From positions 1-49,260 of the forward strand of contig MRSU01002297.1 in assembly GCA_008369845.1 (NCBI GenBank): a stretch of 49,260 nucleotides of DNA, given 5' to 3'. Below the pieces are notes generated by a model, which did not search any database, was not told where the DNA came from, and saw only the letters and a program-made list of their open reading frames with translations. The stretch is from Trichomonas gallinae (lineage: Eukaryota). Below are positions 20,657-29,580 of the stretch, piece by piece (the first letter of the stretch is position 1; the number at the start of each line of letters is the position of its first letter). Position numbers and translations under genes: made by a program.

Positions 20657-20904
20657 AGGGGGAACTCCCTCTACTTTATCAAATTGACTCGAAACCATGC
20701 CCGTTGGATACATATGGTATAGGCGAACATGATCTCTAACGGTGACATTTTTCGCCGTACGTTTGTTTTGGAGATAATTTGATTTAAAAAAAAATATCAA
20801 TCGAAGTCATGTTTAATGAATAAAATATTTCAACAGAAGATGAAGTTCTACTATTATTTAAGTTAATATCGCAGAATTAAAGTGAAATTTTGATGTTTCT
20901 AGAC

Positions 20905-20996
20905 TTTGTGAGGATATCAAGAATTATTGATGCTATATCGACTGTCTTCTGATGGGTAGTGGATGTAACAGTAATAATTCTTGATATTTCCACAAA
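20905..20996 (+). repeat. ~92-nt long hairpin / inverted repeat
   Basis: Arms 20905-20928 and 20973-20996 (21/24 Watson-Crick plus 2 G:U); inner stems TGCTATATC/GATGTAACA and ACTGTCT/GGGTAGT. Confidence 0.75.
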
Positions 20997-21000
20997 AATA

Positions 21001-21100
21001 TGTGTAAAATGTCATAAATAAGAAAAAGTCATTAATTAACAATGTAAAATGTCAAAAATAAATGTAAAATGTCAGAAATTAAAAAAAGTAATTGTCATAA
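21001..21100 (+). repeat. Second GTAAAATGTCA array overlapping the CWC22 ORF start
   Basis: GTAAAATGTCA three times plus GTAATTGTCATAA; same core as 20461-20656. Confidence 0.75.
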
Positions 21101-23058
21101 TTTTGCAACCCGAAGAACGTTCGAAACTACGTTGGAAATATTACACCGACAACATATGTAAGATACTCGACATCAGCATGAATATTATTGAGCCTCAGCA
21201 GCTAATTGACCCATCCGAAGGCTTAATTAAGTGTTATTTACAATGGACTCATCCTTTTTTCGCGCGCAGGTTATTAGAATTCTCATGCAATAGCAATGAA
21301 AACTCTATGGTTGGTGCATCACTTCTTGCAATCATTCATACAAGACTTCCAGCTGTTACAGATAGCGTAATGAAATATGTATCATTCGAATACAACAACT
21401 CAATCAGGAAAAATAATCACCCAGCAGTAAAGTTCACAGCACTCTTCTTTTCTTCGTGTTTCAGATTCAATTTAATTTCAGCCAATTTAATGTACTCTGT
21501 TTTTCTCAATTTACTAGGCTACAAGAACCAATACATGGATGTGGTTCTGGAATTACTGCATTCATGCGGTCCTGCCCTTGACCAGGAAATGCCAGGAGAA
21601 TTTACAAATCTATTTACCGAAATCGTGAGAATGGCAAACAGCAGGTTTGACCACGATATACAGAGATTTACACGCTGGCGGTCTCAAAATTACGCTGGCA
21701 CAGTTTACAGCAAAGAATATTACAAATATGCAAGGACTCCATACAGATTATGCGTTTTAAAGGAATATGGAGACCCATTGAATGACTTTTTGATCGATGA
21801 AATCACTCAGGATCCAACACATAAAATTCATAAGGGGTATAATTTCGCAGAATTCGATCAACTCTATGAAACATACACTGAACAGATTCGTACTTTCGTT
21901 GGTGAAGATGTTGAAGATGCTCCTGCATTGAGAATCCAAAAAGAACCAGAAATTACAATTGAAATTCAAACAGAGCAGCAACAAGATGAAATTCAAACAG
22001 CACAACAGGAACAAGCTGAAGAAGCCAATGATGACGAAGTAGTTCAACAAGTTGATGAGTTTGATGAAGAAGAACAAGAAGATAATTCAACACAAATCGC
22101 AATTGAAGAAAATAAGCTCAAAAAAGCAAACCTTGAATTTCAAAAGACCGTTTATCTCACGATAACATCAACAGCCACTGCATCGGAAGCTGCCCACAAA
22201 CTTGTTAAAATTTTAATCGAAGATGATAAGATTTTAACGCGATCTAAGAACAAAGAAAAGAAGGCACTGACACGACCACACAAACGCATCATGATTGAGA
22301 CTGTTATAGAATATATCGGCCACAATCAAGCTTACGATCGAAATCTCGCTCACATTGTCCGCCTTTTAATCAACGCCAGGGAAGACACTCAAGACCTCGT
22401 TGAAGAAAACTTCAGGAGGATCTATAATAACCTCGAGAGCTACAAATCTTCGCAGATTATAAACATCGCGGCTTTATTCGCATATCTACTGGCCACTGAT
22501 TCAATTTCGTGGCAAATTTTGTCTATTATTAGGCTGACGCGAGAAGACACCAACACAGAGCAGCGCCAGTTCATCAGGTATCTGATGGAGAGGCTCGCTG
22601 AAGGCCCGGCTGAGACATCATCCAAATCTTGGCTGCTCAAAAAGTTGAAAGAGCCAGAAGTAGAAGCTGCAATGAGTGGAATCTTTCTGACTGACACTCA
22701 TGAGCACGCTGAGATTGTCTCGCAGTTCTTTAGTGCCATTAATCTCGATTTTCTCGCCGAAGGAGTCAACGCTAAGATTGCGATGATGAGCGCTCAGCAG
22801 CAGCCATCCATCGAACTCCCGAATGAATACAGCGAGTCTTCTGGTGATGGAGAAGACCCGATCGATGAGGCTGAGAGACTTAGACAGATTTTGCTGGCAC
22901 AGAAACGGCAGAAAACACAGGAAGAACCAAAAATTGCCCCTAAAAACGAAAACTATTCTGAATCTGGCTCAGAAGATGAAGCTGCAGAAAGAAGGAGAAA
23001 GCACAGACACCACAGACATCATCACAGTCATCATCACCACCACCATCATAGAGATTAG
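21049..23058 (+). CDS. CWC22: Pre-mRNA splicing factor CWC22 (MIF4G + MA3), start uncertain
   Basis: MA3 signatures FQKTVYLTITS...EAAHKL and INIAALFAYLLATDSISWQILSIIRLTREDT....RQFI; acidic linker; His/Arg-rich tail. Confidence 0.88.
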   Translation: MSKINVKCQKLKKVIVIILQPEERSKLRWKYYTDNICKILDISMNIIEPQQLIDPSEGLIKCYLQWTHPFFARRLLEFSCNSNENSMVGASLLAIIHTRLPAVTDSVMKYVSFEYNNSIRKNNHPAVKFTALFFSSCFRFNLISANLMYSVFLNLLGYKNQYMDVVLELLHSCGPALDQEMPGEFTNLFTEIVRMANSRFDHDIQRFTRWRSQNYAGTVYSKEYYKYARTPYRLCVLKEYGDPLNDFLIDEITQDPTHKIHKGYNFAEFDQLYETYTEQIRTFVGEDVEDAPALRIQKEPEITIEIQTEQQQDEIQTAQQEQAEEANDDEVVQQVDEFDEEEQEDNSTQIAIEENKLKKANLEFQKTVYLTITSTATASEAAHKLVKILIEDDKILTRSKNKEKKALTRPHKRIMIETVIEYIGHNQAYDRNLAHIVRLLINAREDTQDLVEENFRRIYNNLESYKSSQIINIAALFAYLLATDSISWQILSIIRLTREDTNTEQRQFIRYLMERLAEGPAETSSKSWLLKKLKEPEVEAAMSGIFLTDTHEHAEIVSQFFSAINLDFLAEGVNAKIAMMSAQQQPSIELPNEYSESSGDGEDPIDEAERLRQILLAQKRQKTQEEPKIAPKNENYSESGSEDEAAERRRKHRHHRHHHSHHHHHHHRD

Positions 23059-23396
23059 ATTTGTTTTTTATAAATATATAAATCATTCATTTTGATCTGC
23101 ATTATAATTTAAGATTTGAATTGATATGGATTCATCATGAAATACAAATTTCCTTAATTAATGCTTCTTACTAATATCACAGTGAATATTTTATGCTCTT
23201 TCACATAATCTATTAATCAAATCCAACACAACATTAACTGACTTTTCATGCAATATTTATTATGAAAATGCAGTTGTATAGTCTTTCTCGCCATTCCTAT
23301 TTGATTTAGGCAGTGCTATTGTATCTACACATAATGTTTTTAGATCATGATTTCATGAATAAATTGGGTTTTTCATCATTTTTATATAAAACAAAA

Positions 23397-24467
23397 ATGG
23401 AAATTGAATTTTTGCCTGATGCTACTGGATGTGGAATTGGCCATTCAAAATGCATGATTGTTGGTGGATATGTTGTATTAGACCCCAAGAATTATGCCCT
23501 TGTTGTTGATTTAGAGCCAAAAATCAAATGCAATTCGAAAATTATCAATAATAATGCAAGCCAAATGACAGTAAACGTTATAACATGCGGCCGAAAATAC
23601 AATTCCAGTGAATATTTGTTTAAATATCAATATAAATTCGTCGAATCAGATTGGACCAGCGGAAATCTTGCAAATAGGTTCGAAAAATTCATACTAGCGT
23701 CATTAAATTCGTTTTTCACATACTATTCTAGCATAAACACACCTGAAATCGAATTATTTATCGAAGCAGATCCAGAATTTTACACACAAGATGGAAAAAC
23801 AGGTCTAGGGTCTAGTTCAGCAACAATAGTTTCGATAATTATGTCACTTATGCAGCTTGCAGACATTGCAGAGAATAAAGATCTTTTATTTCAACTTTCT
23901 TCAATTGCAAACACCATTGCGCAAATGAAAGTAGGTTCAGGATTCGATTTGAGCTGTGCTATCTGGGGCCCGCAGATATTTAGAAGACCGCCAGCAGAAA
24001 TAATTTCTTCCCACAACATAGGAAAGGATTGGGGAAATGTTCATGACAGATTTGCTGTTCCGGGTGGAATGTACCTTTACCTCATTAAAGGTGGATCTGG
24101 TTCATCAACTACTGATTTAGTGAGAATTTTTAATTCTCATAAAAATGATCCTAAGCACATTTCTCTCTATGAGAAACTTATAGAAGCCAACAAACAAGCA
24201 TGCAATGCACTTCAAAATGGCTCTATCGCTGAAATCCAAGAAAAGTTTCTCAATTTGAGAAATATACAGATCAGAATAACGGATGAGTGGAATGTGCCGA
24301 TTCTTCCACAAGAAATTAGAGTGTTGATATCAAAACTTGAAAAAATACCAAAATATATCACATCAATTCCTCCTGGAGCAGGAGGATATGATGCATTAGC
24401 CGTAATTACTGATGGAGAGACAGAATTTCCTTCTGAGTTTGTTATAATAGCAAAAAGAAAATTTTAA
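23397..24467 (+). CDS. ERG8: Phosphomevalonate kinase, ERG8-type GHMP kinase
   Basis: KCMIVGGYVVLDP, KTGLGSSSA, AQMKVGSGFD, PGAGGYDA motifs; ATG 23397 preceded by Inr TCATT. Confidence 0.9.
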   Translation: MEIEFLPDATGCGIGHSKCMIVGGYVVLDPKNYALVVDLEPKIKCNSKIINNNASQMTVNVITCGRKYNSSEYLFKYQYKFVESDWTSGNLANRFEKFILASLNSFFTYYSSINTPEIELFIEADPEFYTQDGKTGLGSSSATIVSIIMSLMQLADIAENKDLLFQLSSIANTIAQMKVGSGFDLSCAIWGPQIFRRPPAEIISSHNIGKDWGNVHDRFAVPGGMYLYLIKGGSGSSTTDLVRIFNSHKNDPKHISLYEKLIEANKQACNALQNGSIAEIQEKFLNLRNIQIRITDEWNVPILPQEIRVLISKLEKIPKYITSIPPGAGGYDALAVITDGETEFPSEFVIIAKRKF

Positions 24468-24640
24468 TTTAAAAAAATCTATATTTTTCTATCATAAGAG
24501 CAAGCTTATAAACATATATCTTTCATTAATTCATTTAAATCTGATTCAATTTTTGATTCAATTTATAAAACAAAATATTGCATTGTTAGTTACTACAAAC
24601 ACTGTAAATTAAAAGTATGGTCTGTATAATACTTGTAGAT

Positions 24641-25262
24641 TTACAAATTCAAGTTAATTCTTTGTTCTGCAGGAATTCCTTTCAATCTTTTGTGTTTTGT
24701 GATTTTTGATTCTTCGAAGATTATCCCTAAGTCAGTGAGAAGCTTGACGATCTTGATTTTATCATCTTCTGGATGATTCGACTCAATTTCTAATTCATAA
24801 AGTTTTTTCTCCATTTGGATATATGCATTCATCTGCTTCAATCACGTAACCATCAATTGGTATTACTCTACGAATAGAAACGAAGTTTCCTGTGATAAAA
24901 TATTCAGATTCTTTTGTTTTCTTTACAGCTTTACGGACACACTTTGGTACGTATCTGTATAAGTTTTTTGTATCATTGAGTATGTTTTGCGCAGTTTCAT
25001 CTGATACTGTTTCTTCAATTTCACTTCTTGATGAGATTCCATCAACAATAGTTCCTGGTCCCTTAGTTGTAACAGCCCACCTTATTGGAATTTCAGCTGT
25101 CTTAATACATCTCAATCTCATCGATCTGTTCAGCTTTTTGTCATTTGTATCGAAGAATATATTATTCTGACGCAATACACCTGTAATATTGAGTGCATAT
25201 TTGCTGAGTAATGTTTCATATCCTTCTTTTTTTAGAGTGAGTTTGATTTCAATCTCTGTCAT
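24641..25262 (-). pseudogene. CYTH (triphosphate tunnel metalloenzyme) gene split by a +1 frameshift near 24800
   Basis: N-terminal EIEIK (ExExK), QNNIFFDT, MRLR, RSEIE in frame 1; YELEIE and C-terminal SK..R..L in frame 2; removing one base gives about 206 aa. Confidence 0.8.
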
Positions 25263-25467
25263 TTTTGTTTTTCACTTTTCATATATCAAGAGTCGAAATA
25301 TATCATTACCTGTCTATGAAATAAGATTATGACAGTCAATAGAAGTATACCATAACATCGCGAATTGATAATATTCATTTGACTCACCTAAAAATCGCAT
25401 TTTTATATCCTATAAAAATTTAAGGTTTCATTATTTTTTAATTGTTTATAGGTTCGATTCTCGGGTG

Positions 25468-25498
<31 letters not shown>

Positions 25499-26291
25499 AT
25501 ATCGCATTACTTCTCCATAAGATTTATTATAGATTCTGGCCTGAATCAAGTTGTATACGACTTTTTTGAAGCTTATGGGCCTTTTAATTGTTCCAATTCC
25601 ATGTCAAATGTTTAGATGCATCATAAACCTGTCACCATCTCATGAATCATCATACATACATATATATATATCCAGGTGGCGTTTTTATCTCTCTTCTGGG
25701 TCAACTAAAAATTGCTGGCCCAGTAATCATTATAAATGATTTTTTTTTTTAATTATTTCATTATCGAAAGTTTCTAACTCAATATAGAATTTATAGGTAT
25801 GTTTATTAATGCATTATAAACAGCTTGAATACTGGTGGTGAATGGATTTTGATGCAACTATAGCTAGATACCCTTTGAAAACTATATTGATGCTACTTTT
25901 GCCTAAATTCATGAAATTTAGCAAACAATTCTAATGAATTAATGAATAATTTAAATCTCGAAAATTCGTCGCTTAATCTATGATTTTTACTTTTGATTTA
26001 CAATGTATAGCTGATGCTGAACATTTTAGAAGTGTCGAACAAAAAATAATAATATCGAAAATAAATATCGAATAAATTCTGAAAATTCATGAGCGAATCA
26101 GTACATTTTGTCAATATCTATGTATTCATCGATATATCAAGTGTTCATTCTAAAGGACATAAATTTGGGAGTCCGAATAGTGTGAAATAGCTATAATATA
26201 TCATAAAGAATATAAATATCGAATAAATTAATGAAAATTTTTAACTATGGTCGAGCGCACAAATTTTTTTTTAGAAAAAAAAAATAATATA

Positions 26292-26894
26292 ATGGCTGAG
26301 GGAATTGCTGATCATATTTTAGCGCCTTTTGTCGTTGGCAAAGAAGGCAACGAATACGTCGCGAATGTACCAAAGGTTATTCTCGATCACTTAAACAATC
26401 CAGATTTCACAGAAGAAGTCAATCCAAATAAATTTCCAGCGCATACCAAATTACATCTCATTCCATACAAAGCTATCAGCAAAGACGAAGATTTAACAAT
26501 CGAAAAAAAAGTCGAGAATGAGTTTGGACCAAAAACAAATTGGGATCAACGCGTAAAAGCTGTGTTAGCCAACAAGGGCCTCATTCAAACAGGCAAAGAT
26601 AGGATAGAAGAACAGAATACATACGGCGGACCTAGATATACCGATGATAAATTCACGGTTAAGATCGATGGTCTTCCTGAGCCATTTGACCGCACTGATG
26701 TTCAGGATCTCCTTCGTGACCTTGGCTGTGATTACTTCGATAGAGTTAACGTTCCAAGAGAGAAAGACTCAGACAAACCAAAGCCAGTCGCTTTCGTCAA
26801 ATTCAACCATCTTAGGCACGCTATTAAGTTCATCGAAGATAATACATCAATTAGGATTGGTATTGTCCTTTTAAGTCCACAGCTTGTACCTTAA
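26292..26894 (+). CDS. C-terminal RRM protein, possibly eIF3g-like
   Basis: TVKIDGLP...DVQDLL...RVNVPREKDSDKPKPVAFVKF resembles the eIF3g RRM; start may be 26247 or 26292. Confidence 0.6.
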   Translation: MAEGIADHILAPFVVGKEGNEYVANVPKVILDHLNNPDFTEEVNPNKFPAHTKLHLIPYKAISKDEDLTIEKKVENEFGPKTNWDQRVKAVLANKGLIQTGKDRIEEQNTYGGPRYTDDKFTVKIDGLPEPFDRTDVQDLLRDLGCDYFDRVNVPREKDSDKPKPVAFVKFNHLRHAIKFIEDNTSIRIGIVLLSPQLVP

Positions 26895-27126
26895 AGAAGT
26901 GGTTTATAACATTTATACAGAAATAAAACAATCGCTTTATTATAAAAAGAAGAGAAAATATGAATATGATACTGTTTCTTTTTTGGTTTTTTGATATATT
27001 TTAAGCCATATTTTGCATTATTTCAAAAAAAAATTATATTTATTCTCAGAAATCAAATATCAAACTAATGAACCCTAATATCTCAACAGCTGGCTCACTT
27101 TGTTCTCTCATTTTTGTTTATTGTCA

Positions 27127-28470
27127 ATGAAAGCGGCTCAGCCAAAATCAACAACTCCAGAGGAGAGGCTACCTATGTCAAAATGGATCTCTCTACAGTA
27201 CACACAGCCGGAATTCAACGAAAAAGATGAATTTCTTATCCAAATATTTCAACAAATTTCATGCGACAACATTGAAGAAATAAGCTTAGGAATAGCATAC
27301 TTAGGTCTATATGTCCAAGCATTTAATGATAGATTATATGGTATTCCTCAAGAAATCATTGATAAAATTTTATCATTATTACAATGCGAAGCAAATCAGC
27401 AGCTCATCATGCATATAATTCAAACAATATACAATGTACTGCGAATTGATATTGATAATTTGTTCAAACATAATATTTATTCACATTTAGATATTATTCT
27501 TCCAGTTTTGATTAGAAAATTACCCATGAAAATAGCTGTTGATACACTGATAATAATGGAGAATCAACATAGTGAAATTGCACAAAATTATCTCAATATA
27601 GAATTTTTAATTTCATTAACGAATATTTTCAGACAAAGATGTATATACTCCACTATTAAAGCACACTTGCTCTCCTATTTTGAACTCCATTGGGATCTTT
27701 TAAGACAATATCCGCAAATTTTTTCAATTTTTTTCGAATTATTACAGCCTTTGCTTGCTAACAACAAAATTGACGAATTGTGCATATCTATAGTACGGAT
27801 GTTTACACGTGCAATTCAGGCAAAAGATTCAATATTTTTCAATTGTTTGATTAGTTCGTCATTTATCCCATCATTTGTCGAGAAATATGCTTCTGATGAA
27901 CTCAAAACTGGTATGAAAGAAATGATTCTGTTTTTATCATCAATTGCAAATTATATTGGTGAAAGTGGCTCTGATGGAACTAACTATCTTGCAGAATCTG
28001 AAATTATCCCATTTCTTATTAATTCCTCGGCTTCTTATCCCAAAGATGCTATAGAATTCACAGATCTTATGATATCTCTTGTATTTCATGATTTGAATGT
28101 TTTAGAGGATGAAGACTTTATAGAATATTTCGAATTCTATGATTCTGCTTCAAATTTTATGTTATTTAACAAACAATTTCAACTTATTTATTCAATCATT
28201 ATGAAGTTCGATAGACAAGGCATCGAATATATAGTAAAACGATTAGACTTAATGGAGACAATGAATCGGATGCTAGAAAGCACTGAACCTGTTTTAATCG
28301 ATTTAGATTTAAAGCTTGTTGCAAAAGTCATCGAAATTGTTCCAGAATATCTTGAAACTATTGCTGAAGATGAGACCTTCAATACAAATTTGAACAGCAT
28401 AATTTCCGGCGATAATTCTGAAAATTCTGCACTTGCTTCAGCCTTGAATGATATTCTTACAGCCGAATAA
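27127..28470 (+). CDS. Hypothetical ARM/HEAT-like helical protein
   Basis: 447-aa I/L-rich acidic ORF from ATG 27127; Inr-like TCACT/TCATT upstream. Confidence 0.65.
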   Translation: MKAAQPKSTTPEERLPMSKWISLQYTQPEFNEKDEFLIQIFQQISCDNIEEISLGIAYLGLYVQAFNDRLYGIPQEIIDKILSLLQCEANQQLIMHIIQTIYNVLRIDIDNLFKHNIYSHLDIILPVLIRKLPMKIAVDTLIIMENQHSEIAQNYLNIEFLISLTNIFRQRCIYSTIKAHLLSYFELHWDLLRQYPQIFSIFFELLQPLLANNKIDELCISIVRMFTRAIQAKDSIFFNCLISSSFIPSFVEKYASDELKTGMKEMILFLSSIANYIGESGSDGTNYLAESEIIPFLINSSASYPKDAIEFTDLMISLVFHDLNVLEDEDFIEYFEFYDSASNFMLFNKQFQLIYSIIMKFDRQGIEYIVKRLDLMETMNRMLESTEPVLIDLDLKLVAKVIEIVPEYLETIAEDETFNTNLNSIISGDNSENSALASALNDILTAE

Positions 28471-28943
28471 TATACATATATTACAGATTGATTTAATTGC
28501 AAGTTTTTTTTATCAATTCTTGTTTGAAATTTAAAATAGATATTTATATAATATTGTCAATAAAACAACTAATATACTTATTTTATGGGCAGTTTGAATA
28601 ATTACCGAGTATTGATTTTGTTGTTTCCAGCATGTAAAACATAAAGATATTTTACAAAGAGTAATATTTCATCTCATATGCCATTCTAAGTAGTATTACA
28701 AAATTTATCTCTATTTATATGACAAATAATCATTGAACACAAATATTTTTATTCAGATTTAAAAATATTGCTTAAATAGCTCAATTTTATTATTAGATCG
28801 TATAGTATAGGCAACTTAATCGATTTAATGGTATTATATGAAATAAACACTATATATTAATCAAAATTCAAATCAAATATGATGGAAAAAAGGTAAATTA
28901 TTGAAATATAACATAAAATCGGAGAATTGACGAATGAGTATCA

Positions 28944-29220
28944 TTTCTAATGTTTACAATTGCCCGGATAATCGTTCAATTTTGAATCATATTGTGCCTC
29001 AAAGGAAAATGCCTCTATTTGGGCAATTACAAGTATTATTATGATGTGTTGGATGATTCAATGGATTACAATTGCTCGGACAATTGTAAACATTAGAAAA
29101 TTGATGTGATGAAATAAAGAACCTCGTCAGATTGTTTTTTGACCATCACAGGTATTATTATGATATGTTGGATGATTCAATGGACTACAATTGCTCGGAC
29201 AATTGTAAACATTAGAAAAT
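28944..29220. repeat. Inverted + direct repeat element (MITE-like remnant)
   Basis: 23-bp TTTCTAATGTTTACAATTGCCCG (28944-28966) inverted against 29077-29099; 69-bp direct repeat 29033-29101 / 29152-29220 (2 mismatches) containing TTACAATTG-N6-CAATTGTAA. Confidence 0.8.
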
Positions 29221-29255
29221 GATTCAAGTTTCTCGGTGATTAGACTAATTTAGCA

Positions 29256-29462
29256 AAAGTGACTAAAAACATAATTTTACTTGACAAAAAATATTTTACA
29301 TGACTGGTATAATATGATTTTACGTGATAAAAGTATTATTACGTGGCAGAAAATGTTTTACATGACAAAAATAACATGATTTTACATAACAAAAAAATGT
29401 TTTACATGACTGAAATAACATGATTTTACATAACAAAAAAATGTTTTACATGACAGAAATAT
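29256..29462 (+). repeat. TTTTAC(A/G)TGAC minisatellite-like array
   Basis: About 9 units; near-perfect higher-order repeat AAAATGTTTTACATGAC..AAATAACATGATTTTACATAAC; starts at an AAAGTGAC motif. Confidence 0.85.
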
Positions 29463-29580
29463 GTTATTTCTTTAAAAAGTTATTCATTAGGTTTTATAAT
29501 TATAATTAATGTTAAATATCCAATAAAATTTAAATACGTTTTAAATTTTGTTATACAGGGGGACCCTAGATTTTTAAATT

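Noticed and set aside
23397..25262. Functional cluster of phosphomevalonate kinase plus CYTH (and PMT) as an isoprenoid operon
   Set aside because: Convergent orientation, separate eukaryotic promoters and functionally unrelated neighbours; adjacency alone is not evidence.
25540..25740. Histidine acid phosphatase relic (KTPPGY...FMR-GDR) on the minus strand
   Set aside because: Requires a 2-nt insertion and passes several stops; too little signal to support.
29256..29462. CRISPR-like repeat/spacer array
   Set aside because: Units are short and degenerate, the spacers are themselves repeated, no cas genes are present and the context is eukaryotic.
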